A stretch of 63,847 nucleotides of DNA, filler included, from 5 parts of 5 records of this genome joined end to end with filler, not necessarily neighbours in it; one strand, 5' to 3'; positions 20,773 through 32,521 are shown, counted from the first letter of the whole stretch. Notes: a model not told the origin generated them from the sequence alone. Translations and numbers: made by a program.

Positions 20773-22232
20773 AACGTCATTCCCGAAAGCGAGCGGCCGA
20801 CGTGCCGCGCCACATCTCGTGCGAGCAACCCCACTTCGCCCTGTTGAGCGGTCGCCATCTGGGCGGCTCGGCCATGATGCGCAACCCCCAATTCAGCGGC
20901 GCGACTCAGCGGTTGCCCCTGAGCAAGCAAAGCCCCCAAAAGCCCTGATAGGACATCGCCCATCCCAGCCGTTGCCATTGCCGGCCCGCCCAATACATTA
21001 ATCGCGATACCCGTATCCGATGCGACAAGCGTTGCAGCCCCTTTGAGCACCACCACGGCACCGTACTCAGACTGCAGTTGGCACGCGACGGCTAATCGGT
21101 CCGGGTCAACCTGATCACGACGGAGTAACCTTGCGGCCTCCAAGGGATGTGGCGTAATGATGCAATCCACTAAGGCGGCGGGCGCCTGAGCCAGCAGGTT
21201 TAGGCCGTCGGCATCAAGGACAAGGGGTTTACCCGCGGCAATGACTTGTCGAAACAGGTTCTGAGCCCACGCGTCTTGGCCTAGACCAGGTCCCAGCACC
21301 ACGGCCTGGACGCGACCCAATAGGTCCGTTATGTCATCGGTTTCATTAACGCCCCGAAACATCACCTCAGGACATCGCGCTAAAAACCCAGATCGATGCC
21401 CCTCGCGGCTCACAACGGACACCAGGCCCGCGCCACTACGCAGAGCCGCCTCGCTGGCTAGAAGGCCCGCGCCCCCGAAGCCGGTGTTGCCACCCACCAC
21501 CAGCAGATGTCCAAAATGGCCCTTATGTGCTTTGTTTTGACGCGCCGGTAACCTTGGCGCCTCCAGAATCCGCAACGCCTTGTCAGCGTGCTTGGCCAGC
21601 AAGATGTCTGGCAGGCCTAGATCAGCCAAGATGATCTCGCCGGCATAATCTGGACCATCCTGACTGAACAACCCTATTTTCAGTGCCAGGAAGGTCACCG
21701 TGATCGCGGCCCGAACGCAGACCGCCCCCACCTCACCCGAGTCGGGCTGTAAACCAGACGGCAGATCAACTGCGACGACAGCGCTGCTGCTCGCATTGAT
21801 TGCGGTGATGGTCGAGCGATACGCTGACCGAATCTGGCCGTGAACGCCAAGCCCTAATAGAGCGTCAACCAATATGGCCCGGTCCAGAACAGCCCCCTCA
21901 AACGCCTCAACGATTGCTTGGCTGTTTTGACAAACTGCCAGCGCGTCGCGCGAGGCTTCGGTTAACTTTTCCGGGTCACCGACAAGCGCAACTTGAACCA
22001 ACCAGCCCCGATCTGCCAACCCCGCTGCGACCAAAAAGCCGTCGCCTGCATTATTTCCCGACCCACAAAACACCTGCGCCCTTTTGGTATCGCCATAGCG
22101 GGTTAAGATCACCTCGACAACGCGCCGCGCGGCCAATTTCATCAACTGAAAACTGGATATGTCATAATCCTGCGAGTATTGCCGATCAATTTCTTTAATG
22201 ACCGAGGCCGGGTAAAGCTTTGACGCTGTCAT
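20769..22232 (-). CDS. nnr: Bifunctional NAD(P)HX epimerase/dehydratase
   Basis: GSGNNAGDG, DALLGLG, VDLPSG, AHKGHFG, LDADGL, TPHPLEAARL, ATAGMGD; start set at MTASKLY (22232). Confidence 0.93.
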   Translation of the reverse strand: MTASKLYPASVIKEIDRQYSQDYDISSFQLMKLAARRVVEVILTRYGDTKRAQVFCGSGNNAGDGFLVAAGLADRGWLVQVALVGDPEKLTEASRDALAVCQNSQAIVEAFEGAVLDRAILVDALLGLGVHGQIRSAYRSTITAINASSSAVVAVDLPSGLQPDSGEVGAVCVRAAITVTFLALKIGLFSQDGPDYAGEIILADLGLPDILLAKHADKALRILEAPRLPARQNKAHKGHFGHLLVVGGNTGFGGAGLLASEAALRSGAGLVSVVSREGHRSGFLARCPEVMFRGVNETDDITDLLGRVQAVVLGPGLGQDAWAQNLFRQVIAAGKPLVLDADGLNLLAQAPAALVDCIITPHPLEAARLLRRDQVDPDRLAVACQLQSEYGAVVVLKGAATLVASDTGIAINVLGGPAMATAGMGDVLSGLLGALLAQGQPLSRAAELGVAHHGRAAQMATAQQGEVGLLARDVARHVGRSLSGMTL

Positions 22233-22298
22233 AATGACCCTCGTGCCCTGAAGAGCATTATTATAGCCAAACCTACGGGCACCACTGGGAAAATATTG

Positions 22299-23399
22299 AT
22301 GTCGTTGCAAGACCTTAAAAATCAGATTCCCCAATGGGCCGAGGCGCTAGGCTTTTCAGCTACCGGGTTTGTCAAGCTCGACCGCAGTGATCATGAGGCG
22401 CACCTATTAAGATGGCTGAGCCGCGATCACCACGGCAGCATGGATTACATGGCGCGCAATGTCGATCTGCGGGTCGACCCCGCTGGGTTATTACCCGGGT
22501 CTCTCAGCGCAATTACCGTCCGAATGGACTATTTGCCGGTCTCAGAGATGGCAAAAATTGAAGGCACCCTCGCCGCACCGAGCCAAGCCTACGTTGCCCG
22601 CTATGCCCTCGGCCGGGATTACCATAAAGTCATTCGCCGTCGCCTGACCCAGCTTGCAACCCAAATCAATGACGCAGCACTGGCCCTGGGTATAACCGAT
22701 TGTGTGACCCGGGCCTGCACGGATTCGGCGCCTATTCTTGAAAAACGCTTTGCTGAGCAATCTGGCTTAGGTTGGATCGGAAAAAATACCCTGCTGCTCA
22801 ACCAAAACCGCGGATCCTGGTTTTTTATTGGCGAACTGCTCACCAACCTACCCTTTAGCGCCCCAACCGAGACCTCAGCCAACCATTGCGGCAGCTGCAC
22901 TCGATGCCTGGATGTCTGTCCAACCAAGGCGTTTGTTGGGCCCTTTGAGTTAGATGCCAAGCGGTGTATTTCTTATTTAACGATTGAATCCAAAGCGGCG
23001 ATCCCAGAACCGCTCAGAGTCGCGATGGGCAATCGGATCTTTGGCTGTGACGACTGCCAGATGGTCTGTCCTTGGAACAAGTTTGCGGCAGCGTCAGTGG
23101 ATCCTGTTTTCGAACCAAGACCAGATTTTGAGCAGGCAGCATTAACAACCCTCTTCGCCTGGAGCGAAGCCACCTTTTTAGAAAAAACCCAAGGCTCCGC
23201 GATCCGGAGAACAGGTTACTCCGGCTGGTTGCGAAATATCAGCGTGGCGCTCGGCAATGCAGACTATGATCCAGAAATTCTGGCAAGCCTTCAGGCTAAA
23301 CGCCCGTCGACCAACCTCATGGTGCAAGAGCACATTGATTGGGCTATTCAGCAACAAGTTTTAAAGCGTGACGCAGGCGGCCCGCGGTCTACATCTTGA
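22299..23399 (+). CDS. queG: Epoxyqueuosine reductase
   Basis: [43 protein letters not shown]; divergent from nnr. Confidence 0.96.
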   Translation: MSLQDLKNQIPQWAEALGFSATGFVKLDRSDHEAHLLRWLSRDHHGSMDYMARNVDLRVDPAGLLPGSLSAITVRMDYLPVSEMAKIEGTLAAPSQAYVARYALGRDYHKVIRRRLTQLATQINDAALALGITDCVTRACTDSAPILEKRFAEQSGLGWIGKNTLLLNQNRGSWFFIGELLTNLPFSAPTETSANHCGSCTRCLDVCPTKAFVGPFELDAKRCISYLTIESKAAIPEPLRVAMGNRIFGCDDCQMVCPWNKFAAASVDPVFEPRPDFEQAALTTLFAWSEATFLEKTQGSAIRRTGYSGWLRNISVALGNADYDPEILASLQAKRPSTNLMVQEHIDWAIQQQVLKRDAGGPRSTS

Positions 23400-23934
23400 A
23401 TACGTGCTCTCGATAGACCTTCAGCTCATCAATGGATTCGCGAATGTCATCCAAAGCACGGTGCTTGCCTTGCTTGATGACTAAATCCATAACTTCCGGC
23501 TTCCAGCGCATCACCAGCACCTTAATCGCACTGACATCCAGGTTTCGATAGTGAAAAAACCGCCCGAGCTCAGGCATGTGACGATCAATAAACCGCCGAT
23601 CTTGACCAATACTATTCCCGCACAGGGGCGAATCTCGCGGGCCGACATAATCCTGTAAGAACGCAAGCGTTTCAGCTTCCGCCTCGGCCTCGGTCACGGA
23701 CGACGCAATCACCCTTGCGGTCAACCCGGATGCACCGTGATGCTCAGTATTCCACTCATCCATCATATTCATCCGGGCTTCGGTTTGATGAATCGTTAAA
23801 CAAGGGCCCTCGGCCACAATATTGAGCTGGGAATCGGTAATGATGGTTGCCATTTCCAAGACCAGATCTGTGTCTGGATCCAAACCAGTCATTTCCATAT
23901 CGATCCATACCAAGTTGTTCGAATCTACCGTCAT
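23389..23934 (-). CDS. orn: Oligoribonuclease
   Basis: [42 protein letters not shown]. Confidence 0.97.
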   Translation of the reverse strand: MTVDSNNLVWIDMEMTGLDPDTDLVLEMATIITDSQLNIVAEGPCLTIHQTEARMNMMDEWNTEHHGASGLTARVIASSVTEAEAEAETLAFLQDYVGPRDSPLCGNSIGQDRRFIDRHMPELGRFFHYRNLDVSAIKVLVMRWKPEVMDLVIKQGKHRALDDIRESIDELKVYREHVFKM

Positions 23935-24210
23935 AAGAATCTCCTCTTTGAACCAAGCGACGAGCTGCGACTCATGATTCCTATTTAACCCGAGTCAACC
24001 GTAAAATACGAGACTGCGGGACAAACCCACCGGCGCTGATCGATTACCCATCACAACCAGGCACCAACCGTTTCAGCGCCTGAGCCTGAGCAAACCAAAC
24101 GCCAAGGATCCATGAGACCCATAGATTGCGTTAGACTGCACCGTGAGCAATGCCTCATCGCAAACTGTGAGCGGCATTCGGCAATCGACTTATTTACAAT
24201 TGGCCAATTT

Positions 24211-25017
24211 ATGACCCGACTCTTTATTCTGTTTCAGTATCTGATTCCTCAGCACGTCTTGTCACGCTGCATTGGCTATGTCGCTCGATCTGAGATCCCT
24301 TGGTTTAAGAATTTTATCATTAAACAATTCGACGGCATTTATAACATTGACTGGTCCGTCGCCGTACGCAAAGAACCCGAACAATATGTTTCGTTTAATG
24401 ATTTTTTTACTCGGGCGTTAACCGATGATGCTCGTCCGCTCACTGGCAGACTGGTATCGCCCGCCGACGGTCTGGTTTCAGTTACAGGGGACATCAAACA
24501 CCAACGCGCAATTCAAGCCAAAGGCCACGATTATTCAATCCCTCAATTGCTGGGTGAGGCCTTACCAGAGTCGTTTAATAATGGCAGTTTTCTCACCGTT
24601 TACTTGGCGCCGAGTGACTATCACCGAGTGCATTTCCCGCAACAAGGGGCACTACAGAATGCTCGATATATTCCGGGTGCCCTTTTTTCCGTTAACCAGA
24701 AAACCGCCGCCCACGTCCCGGGGCTATTCACTCGAAACGAGCGCTTGGTGCTGCGTATTACCTCAAACGAGGGGGATTATTATCTGGTTCTGATCGGCGC
24801 AATGATTGTTGCCGGCATTCAACCGTTTTGGCAGCCTGAACCCTTCAAAGCGCAACAACCAATCGATCAACCAATGCAGGCGCTGGCCGTTGATCAAGGC
24901 CAAGAGGCGGGTCGATTTTTATTGGGCTCGACCGCGATCTTAATTACACAGGCGAACCAAAACTGGTGCGTCACACCAGGCGCCACCATCAAGATGGGTC
25001 AAACCCTCGTTAACTAA
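24211..25017 (+). CDS. psd: Phosphatidylserine decarboxylase proenzyme
   Basis: SFNDFFTR, SPADG, YLAPSDYHRVH, LFTRNER, LGST autocleavage site; start ATG 24211. Confidence 0.93.
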   Translation: MTRLFILFQYLIPQHVLSRCIGYVARSEIPWFKNFIIKQFDGIYNIDWSVAVRKEPEQYVSFNDFFTRALTDDARPLTGRLVSPADGLVSVTGDIKHQRAIQAKGHDYSIPQLLGEALPESFNNGSFLTVYLAPSDYHRVHFPQQGALQNARYIPGALFSVNQKTAAHVPGLFTRNERLVLRITSNEGDYYLVLIGAMIVAGIQPFWQPEPFKAQQPIDQPMQALAVDQGQEAGRFLLGSTAILITQANQNWCVTPGATIKMGQTLVN

Positions 25018-25991
25018 TGATTCGGCCAGGGAAATAGTTGCACCTCGGATAAGGCTTTAGCCTCTAGCCAAACCATCACCAATCGATCAATTCCGAGTGC
25101 AACGCCGCTACAGGGCGGCATCAAGGCACTCGCTTCGGCGAACGCGCTATCAAAAGCAATGCTCGGCAGGCCGCGATTGACTCGAGCAGCTGCCATCAAG
25201 GTATGCCGGCTCAAAATAGCCGCCGGATCCCGAAGCTCAAGATAACCATTGGCTAACTCAGTACCCTGCCAATACAACTCGAATCGCTGAGCAGCACCGG
25301 TGCCAGGATCAATTTCCGCGAGCGCTGCCTGACATTGTGGAAACTCGGTCAGAAAAAAAATGTCCCCGAGACTGGGTTGAAGAACCTCCAAAAACAAAAA
25401 GTCTAAACAATCTGACCGGAACTGATCATCGTCGTATGGCTCTAAGTGGGTAACCTGCGCACCCGTTTCTTGCACCCACTCCCAAAGGCTCGACAAGTCG
25501 GCCTCATTTGGATTAACCCCAAAGCGCGCCTCAAACACCGACCGGAACGAATAAACCGGCAAGTCGGCCCGACGCGTACGCCAAATCTCGGGGGGTTCGG
25601 GCAAGGTATTTAACAGGTCAACGACTTCGGCCATCAGACCCGTTAAGCCGAGGCCGGGACGATACCATTCGAGCATGGTGAATTCTGGATTATGCTGGCG
25701 CCCATGATCTCCGCGCCGAAACGCTGGGGTAATCTCGAAGATGGCCTCACCATAGAAGGCTAAGGCCCGTTTTAGCGCATATTCTGGGGAGGTTTGAAGA
25801 AATAATTTTCCGGCTTTGTCCGAAACTTCAAAGCTCGCCAACTGCACATCGACCGTACCGGATCGGCTCAGGGTCGGCGTTGAAACCTCCGTCACAGATC
25901 TTGCCTCGAAGAACTGCCGAATGGCGGCGAGCATCTTGCCGCGCGCCTTCAATACAGGCCATGTCGGCATCGATTGGCCAGCCTGGCTCAC
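25014..25991 (-). CDS. epmA: EF-P lysine aminoacylase EpmA (GenX/PoxA)
   Basis: [38 protein letters not shown]; directly downstream of efp. Confidence 0.93.
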   Translation of the reverse strand: MSQAGQSMPTWPVLKARGKMLAAIRQFFEARSVTEVSTPTLSRSGTVDVQLASFEVSDKAGKLFLQTSPEYALKRALAFYGEAIFEITPAFRRGDHGRQHNPEFTMLEWYRPGLGLTGLMAEVVDLLNTLPEPPEIWRTRRADLPVYSFRSVFEARFGVNPNEADLSSLWEWVQETGAQVTHLEPYDDDQFRSDCLDFLFLEVLQPSLGDIFFLTEFPQCQAALAEIDPGTGAAQRFELYWQGTELANGYLELRDPAAILSRHTLMAAARVNRGLPSIAFDSAFAEASALMPPCSGVALGIDRLVMVWLEAKALSEVQLFPWPNH

Positions 25992-26563
25992 GCGCTCTTA
26001 CTACGCCCCTGGTATTCACCCGTCCGGGTATCAACACGAATGGATTCACCAATATTAATAAATAGTGGGACTTTCACCATCGCGCCCGTCGACAAGGTTG
26101 CCGGCTTTGAGCCGCCCGTTGCCGTATCGCCCTTGAGCCCGGGATCCGTTTCAACGATGTCCAAATCAACAAAATTCGGTGCGACGACAAGAATCGGCAC
26201 ATCATTCCACAAGGTCACCGTACACCGGCTATTTTCCTTCAACCACTGTATCCCTTCGCTGACCGCATTTTTATCCGCTGCAATTTGCTCAAAACTGTCA
26301 TCGGTTTTCATGAAATGCCAATACTCGCCGTCTGAATACATGTATTCCATCTCGTATTCCATGACGTCAGCGCCTTCAAGGCTCTCCCCAGACTTAAAGG
26401 TTCTCTCCCAAACCCGACCTGTTTTCAAGTTCTTCAGTCGAACGCGATTGAACGCTTGCCCCTTACCCGGCTTCACAAACTCATTTTCCACAATGCTGCA
26501 GGGATCCCCCTCAAGCAAAACCTTCAAGCCAGATTTAAATTCGTTCGTGGAATAATTGGCCAT
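25988..26563 (-). CDS. efp: Elongation factor P (PGKG, Lys-modified type)
   Basis: [30 protein letters not shown]. Confidence 0.98.
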   Translation of the reverse strand: MANYSTNEFKSGLKVLLEGDPCSIVENEFVKPGKGQAFNRVRLKNLKTGRVWERTFKSGESLEGADVMEYEMEYMYSDGEYWHFMKTDDSFEQIAADKNAVSEGIQWLKENSRCTVTLWNDVPILVVAPNFVDLDIVETDPGLKGDTATGGSKPATLSTGAMVKVPLFINIGESIRVDTRTGEYQGRSKSA

Positions 26564-26645
26564 AACTACCCTCTACCTGCAATGTGCTTAATCTATCAAG
26601 ACGCTATCTTACCGAGATTGTACAGTCGATGGCGAGGCCATTGGA

Positions 26646-27854
26646 CTAGGAGACGCCAAGCTGGTCTCGATCGCTGATTCCCAACAAATAAAGAATACTA
26701 TCCAGTCCAAGGGTAGAAATTGCGTGCCGAGACCGCTCTCGCACCAAGTCCTTAGCGTGATACGCAATGCCCAGCCCGGCTGCGCCCAGCATTTCTAAAT
26801 CATTTGCGCCATCGCCCACGGCAATGGTTTGCGCCATCGAGATGCCTTCTTTCTCCGCCAGCGCTCTGAGGATTCGTGCTTTCGCTTCGGCATCCACGAC
26901 AGGGGCTAAAACGCGTCCGGTTAGGAAACCGGCAACAATTTCCAACCGATTCGCAAAGACATGATCAACACCCAATTGGGCCTGTAGGGCATGACCAAAA
27001 TAATCAAAACCACCAGACAAAATCGCCGTCTTGTAGCCCAATAACTTGAGCGTTTTGAACAACGACGCGACCCCTTCGGTCAGTGGCAATTGGGCGGCAA
27101 CCGTACTGAGGATTGTCTCGGGTAAGCCTTCAAGCAGCGCCACACGCCGGATCAAACTTTCCCGGAAATCAAGTTCTCCAGACATCGCTTGGTGGGTAAT
27201 TTTGGCAACCTCAGCCCCAACACCCTTGTGTTTTGCCAACTCGTCAATGACTTCGGTTTCAATAAGCGTAGAGTCCATATCAAAAGCAATGAGTCGTCGA
27301 TGCCGACGATAGATGCCGTCTTCCTGCACGGCAAGATCCAGCGTCAGTTCCGTCGCCAGCGCCATCAGTTTTTTCCTGAATAACGGGCTCGGGGTACCCC
27401 GAAGTGACCATTCAAGACACGCCCGCGTGGGCTTTTCGGACGGCTCAAGCGGGACGCGCCCAGAGAGCCGATTAATATGATCAATATTCAAGCCTTCATC
27501 GGTCACAATGCGCGCTAAGCGGGACAATTGTGCTGCCGTTATTTTTCGACCCAGAATGGTCAAGATGCTACGCGTCTGGCCCTGCCGCCTGACCCAGTCA
27601 GAATACTCAAGATCTGTCACAACTGCCGCTTCAACCGACAACCCCTCTGCCACACACATCGTTTTTAGTTGATCGATCGCGCTATTTTGCTCCTGTCCTG
27701 AACGCACCAAAATGCCCAGCGTTAAATAGTCATGAATAACCGACTGCCCCATATCCAGAACTTCCATTCCGGCCTCGGCGAGAATATTCGTCAATTTTGC
27801 CGTTAACCCACGACGGTCTTGACCCGTGACATTGATAAGAGAGACGTTCTGCAT
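26646..27854 (-). CDS. serB: Phosphoserine phosphatase with N-terminal ACT domains
   Basis: G.DR.G ACT domain, FDMDSTL, LSGGF, GDGAND; GAGG SD before ATG 27854. Confidence 0.95.
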   Translation of the reverse strand: MQNVSLINVTGQDRRGLTAKLTNILAEAGMEVLDMGQSVIHDYLTLGILVRSGQEQNSAIDQLKTMCVAEGLSVEAAVVTDLEYSDWVRRQGQTRSILTILGRKITAAQLSRLARIVTDEGLNIDHINRLSGRVPLEPSEKPTRACLEWSLRGTPSPLFRKKLMALATELTLDLAVQEDGIYRRHRRLIAFDMDSTLIETEVIDELAKHKGVGAEVAKITHQAMSGELDFRESLIRRVALLEGLPETILSTVAAQLPLTEGVASLFKTLKLLGYKTAILSGGFDYFGHALQAQLGVDHVFANRLEIVAGFLTGRVLAPVVDAEAKARILRALAEKEGISMAQTIAVGDGANDLEMLGAAGLGIAYHAKDLVRERSRHAISTLGLDSILYLLGISDRDQLGVS

Positions 27855-27951
27855 CGTTTTAATTCCTCGACGAGCGCGCATTATCCAACAATTGACGCAT
27901 CGGCGACAGCCGACAAGTTAGTACGATATACTGCGCGCCACGAATCCTTCG

Positions 27952-28297
27952 ATGTTTGTCATGCAAGATTTGCGCTTTCGCATATTAACGCTGTGTATCG
28001 TGCCTTTTCTAATTGGCAGTGGCCTCGTACTCCTGACCGCTGTCATCAGTCTTCAATCTCAAACAGACCAAGCTGAAAGGCAATTGGCTGAAACCTTACT
28101 GACGCATAAAACACCCGACGCCGCCCTGTATTTGGCCACAAAGGATTGGGTCGCGCTCGCCGTGATTCTGGATCAATTGGCGCAAGCGACTGGCATGGGT
28201 CGCGCCGAAGTCGTAAGCCCTGATAACCGTTTAGTGCTCGCCAGCGGCCAGGCCCCCGCAGCGCGCGCCGAGTACACGGCGGCCTTAGAGCATGAAG
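27952..28297 (+). CDS. Membrane protein, possibly AhpA/YtjB (Smp) family; truncated by contig end
   Basis: N-terminal TM helix then periplasmic segment; divergent from serB as ytjB is in other Gammaproteobacteria; a sensor-kinase N-terminus cannot be excluded. Confidence 0.45.
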
Positions 28298-28397
28298 NNN
28301 NNNNNNNNNNNNNNNNNNNNNNNNNNNNNNNNNNNNNNNNNTTAATTAATTAANNNNNNNNNNNNNNNNNNNNNNNNNNNNNNNNNNNNNNNNNNNN
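28298..28397. other. Artificial contig linker
   Basis: 44 N + TTAATTAATTAA + 44 N. Confidence 0.98.
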
Positions 28398-31117
28398 TTA
28401 TAGGAATTAGACCCCAACAAGGCAGATAGAAGATGAATTTCACCAGTGGCAAAGTCACGACTAATGGATCCATTAATCCTGGGAGTACCTGCGTTGAAAG
28501 AATCTGAACCAGTGTCGTAATATTTACCCCAACTGTTAGTTCGTAATTGAGCTTTATCTCCTCCTCTGGATATCACGGCCATATAATCATTACTTACGGC
28601 ATGTACTTTAGTGACCACGAAAATTTGCTTGGCGTTGAAATTAAGATTGTTTGCGACCATCCAATGATCGCTGACGCTGAGGGTGGAATAGCCGTTCCCG
28701 TCGTCGCTCAAATAAATTGGTTGGTTCTCGGTTACAGATTGGGACGCATTGAAGTCATTTCCTGACTTGTCCTTCCACAACGCCACCTTCGAGCCATTGG
28801 CTTCGGTGTTGGGTTGTCCATTCCCGTTTATGTCGTTGGCATCCAACCATAGTAGTTTCCCGCTCAGGGTGGAAGGAGATACGGGGGTGAAGTCAAAACT
28901 TGGTTCGCTCACCACACCCCTATCCAGCTTGATTCCACTGTCCCCGGTGGCGAGAAGCCAGTACCATGCGGACTTGAAGTCTTCATTGGTCAGTGGGAAA
29001 CGGTTGATGGTCAGGGCGGTGGAGTTGCTATTGTCGGCGGGGATTTTCACAAAGTGCAAATCAAGCAGGTCGCGATCGTCCTTGGCGAGTACCTCCACGG
29101 CGATCGAGCCGACGGTTCCATTCCAATCTGTTGCAAGATCCCAGGTTATTGATTTGGACTGATTCACATCGATATTAGCTCCAAGTTGACCGGCAGTATT
29201 ACCCACCAATGATTCGGGAATAATTACCGAACTCAGCGAGTCGGTACCGTTCTTAAATCCAAGTATCCCCGTGGTGACGGTAGGACTGTCTAAATCTGTG
29301 ACTTTATAGGAGACCTCCAAATTGGTGCTCCCGAAGGCCTGGGAAACATTGAGCAATGCGGGGTAGGGAATCCCATCATCCTGCCCAAGCGGGCCCCCAC
29401 GATAGGAGGACTGGTAGGTCTTGAACAAACGAATATTGGGAATCATCCAGGTGAAGGTACCGTTCTGGTTGATAGCTACTCGACCTGTGGTGGCGGTGTA
29501 ATGGGAGTTTTTGATTAATCGATTACCCGCGTTGTCCAAAACCCAAAAATCTGTCCAGCTGTCATTTCTCGCGGCGGTCACAATCAGTCCATCTTGACGA
29601 ATACCAACGGTTTGCGGACGTGCACCTTTTGAATCAGTACGGGTATTTCCACCTCTTTGCCGGAGATCAACCTTCATTACTAATGATCCGGTTGGTGTGT
29701 AGCGCTTAATGGAATAATTCGCCAAGTCCGCAACATAGAGATCGCCTTTCGGTCCGATTGCCAATCCGCAGGGGTTTTTCAATTGGTGATTCAGGCTGCC
29801 ATTTTCTCCCCATGAACCGGTGAGATTACCCGCAGGGTCGAAGACATGGATCTTGTGCTGGGAATAATCACTCACGAAGACGATGCCCTGGGAATTCACT
29901 GCGACTCCCCAAGGTTCGCTAAAAATACTAGTGCTCCCGAAAGAACGAATAAAAGTCCCGTTGTTTTCGAATACCTGTACTCGGTCGTTGCCACTGTCCG
30001 CCACATAAATTCGGTTGGCGGAGTCGAGAGCAATTCCCTTGGGGGAGGTGACCTTGCCAATGCCGGATCCTGAGCTCGCGATTGAACGAACATAGTTACC
30101 GGTGGCATCGAGCACAACGACTCGATGGTTCCCGGTATCGGATACATAGTGGTTCCCCTGAGAGTCGAGCACGAATGCAGAGGGACTGCTCAGGTTTGGG
30201 CTCTCCGCATACTCACCAAATTGGCGGATATAAGTGCCATTTCCATCAAATACCTGTATTCGGTGATTGGAACGATCTGTCACCCATAGGTTCCCGGAAG
30301 AATCGTAGTCCACGCTGCAGGGGTAGTTGAATTCTCCGTTTGCGGTGCCCAAATCACCAAATTCCTTGATAAAAGATCCATTGGTATCGTAAATCCGAAC
30401 CTTATGGACGGTGCTTGCATTTCCCACCGCGATTCGGCTCCCATGCACAGAAACTCCGCACGGTTCCCCTGTAATTCCTGAAATTGTACTTAATTTCGTC
30501 CCTGATTTGGTAAAAACATTAACCAAATCTGATTTATCCGCCACGTAGACCAAACCATCGGACCCAATCGCAATCTCTCGGGGATCACCATTGACCGTAG
30601 AAAATTTTCGTAAAAAAGTTCCGCTTTCAGAAAAAACCTGAATTAGGTCTCGGCCAGGATCGGAAACAAATATTTCAAGATTCGATCCATCATAATCCGC
30701 TGCAATTCCGTAGGGTCGGTCAAACTGTCCGTTACCACTACCGTAAGAGCCTACATTAAAAAGGAAAGTACCATTGATATCATATGCTTTGACATATCTT
30801 GAATCGTGTCCCGTCACATAGAGCTTACCACCGGCAAACACAGAATCTACAGGATTGTCGATACCGGTAACTGTCTTGAGGAGACTCCCGTTGGAATCCA
30901 GAATTTGAACCCTATCCTTACTTCCCTCGCAGATAAAAATCTTTCCGTCGGGGCCAAAGGATAATCCTCTAGGTGAGTTCATTCCCCCGATTGCACCGGC
31001 GGTGAATTCTCGTTCGAGGTACCAGTTGTCCTGCGGCATTGTCTGTGCCGGCAAGATGATTTGCCAGCCCAGGCAGAGGATTGAATATAAGGTGATTGGG
31101 ATGCTTTTATTCTTCAT
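28398..31117 (-). CDS. Large secreted NHL-repeat (beta-propeller) protein with C-terminal LamG/ConA-like domain; truncated by contig end
   Basis: Signal peptide; repeated F..P.GIA.D..G..YV.D..N.R.QVF units; LWLDANDI...WKDKSGN motif; runs into the linker. Confidence 0.85.
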
Positions 31118-31119
31118 GG

Positions 31120-31314
31120 TTACATTAGATGGGAAACAGATTCCGTAGAGTTTTCTGAGATGGATAAGTTGGTCGCATTGATATCGCTAGGCGGGGAGTT
31201 TCCAAAAGTAAAACTTGAGGGAACTAATAAAGCGATTAGAACGACGGAAAATGTAAAAAGATCAAACAATTGTTTCTTAACCAAAACCGGTGCCGAGATA
31301 TGAAAAAAGGACAT
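31120..31314 (-). pseudogene. Short ORF: signal peptide plus first strand of a cadherin-like domain, apparently truncated
   Basis: NSPPSDINATNLSISENST matches cadherin-like starts in the 32948-35908 protein (NSSPTDLNAS..IAENQT; NAAPTQL...LTIMENS), then stops 2 nt before the NHL gene. Confidence 0.5.
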
Positions 31315-31584
31315 TTTAATAAAGATTGGGTGGCCGAAAAAGTCTAAACGAAAAAAGTCCTGAACCTAATAGATGCAAGATAATAACTTTTTTAGCTAAT
31401 ATAATGTATGACATATCTTCGTAAGCACGGAAGATTGTGTTATTTAAATACTCTTTTTACTTAATTTTTAAGGATTGAGTCAATAGTTTATCTTATCATT
31501 GAATTTAGCAGGGTAATTTTTACAGAACCCAGGGTGTTCGTTGAAAGTAGATTTCAAAAGAGTGCGGATCAGCCGAACGGTGAT

Positions 31585-31632
31585 AGTGGATTGCCACGTC
31601 GGCACAACGGTGCCTTCTCGCAATGACAAGGG
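31585..31632. repeat. Palindromic REP-like repeat, copy 1
   Basis: AGTGGATTGCCACGTCGGCACAACGGTGCCTTCTCGCAATGACAAGGG; stems ATTGC/GCAAT and GGCAC/GTGCC. Confidence 0.85.
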
Positions 31633-31700
31633 GATTAAATTTTGATATGAGTACATTTAGGTTGTTGATTAGGTGCGTTTGCGCGAGTTTTGAGTTTCGG

Positions 31701-31952
31701 ATGAAAACGACTCAGTATTTTGAATTTACCAGAAAAAGACCGGACCGGTCGATGATTCTTGATGAATGGATACTTTCCGCGATTAATGATCCGGCAGACC
31801 AGGTGATTCAATCGGATGGAAGAATAAGAAGGTGGACTTGGGTGAATGAATTATCTAAATATTTAAGGGTGGTTCTGCTTGAAGACGGAATCACTGTTCA
31901 TAACGCATTTTTTGACCGAGATTATAAAAGGAGAAAGAAACATGAAAATTAA
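31701..31952 (+). CDS. Putative type II toxin (DUF4258/RelE-BrnT-like fold)
   Basis: 83 aa; Q.DGRIRRW, YLRVVLLEDG.TVHNAFFDR; overlaps the downstream DUF2283 gene. Confidence 0.65.
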   Translation: MKTTQYFEFTRKRPDRSMILDEWILSAINDPADQVIQSDGRIRRWTWVNELSKYLRVVLLEDGITVHNAFFDRDYKRRKKHEN

Positions 31953-32148
31953 TTACTTTGAGGATACAGATACTGCGTTGATTCATTTCACTGAAAAGAA
32001 AGTGGTGGAAACCCGCGAGATATCGGAAAATGTGTACCTTGACTTGGACGAGCAGGGAAATCTAGTTTCCATGACCCTGGAACATGCGGGAGAGAAGGCA
32101 AATATTGAGGATTTTTCATTCGAAAGATCGAAGAGTCTCGCCTCCTAA
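31942..32148 (+). CDS. DUF2283 family protein (putative antitoxin)
   Basis: MKINYFEDTDTALIHF...ETREISENVYLDLDEQGNLVSMTLEHA; AGGAG SD. Confidence 0.8.
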   Translation: MKINYFEDTDTALIHFTEKKVVETREISENVYLDLDEQGNLVSMTLEHAGEKANIEDFSFERSKSLAS

Positions 32149-32187
32149 ATTCTTGATGTTTCTATAAGGTCGTTTTTTTAGTTGGGC

Positions 32188-32236
32188 AGTGGATTGCCGG
32201 GTCGGTCGATTCGCTCCCTTCTCGCAATGACAAGGG
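32188..32236. repeat. Palindromic REP-like repeat, copy 2
   Basis: AGTGGATTGCCGGGTCGGTCGATTCGCTCCCTTCTCGCAATGACAAGGG; ends identical to copy 1, core diverged. Confidence 0.85.
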
Positions 32237-32299
32237 AGGGAGATCAATTAGCAAAAATTAATCGATTTTTTGGATAAATTAAGGTAATATACATCTATC

Positions 32300-32521
32300 G
32301 TGAAAAGCTATCGGGAGATTATATCCATTCAAAAAGGTAAAAGGGGGGGGAAGCCTTGTATTCGAAATCTTCGGATTACAGTCTATGATGTTTTGGGCTG
32401 GATGGCTTCGGGAATGAGTAAGGAATTGATTATTGAGGAGCACCCTGATCTTACCCAGGATGATCTAAGTGCCTGTCTTTCTTTTGTGGCAGATCGTGAG
32501 CGTGTGCTCGCGAGTGCATGA
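32300..32521 (+). CDS. DUF433 family antitoxin
   Basis: GKRGGKPCIRNLRITVYDVLG..ASGMS......PDLT..D..ACL.F. Confidence 0.88.
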   Translation: MKSYREIISIQKGKRGGKPCIRNLRITVYDVLGWMASGMSKELIIEEHPDLTQDDLSACLSFVADRERVLASA

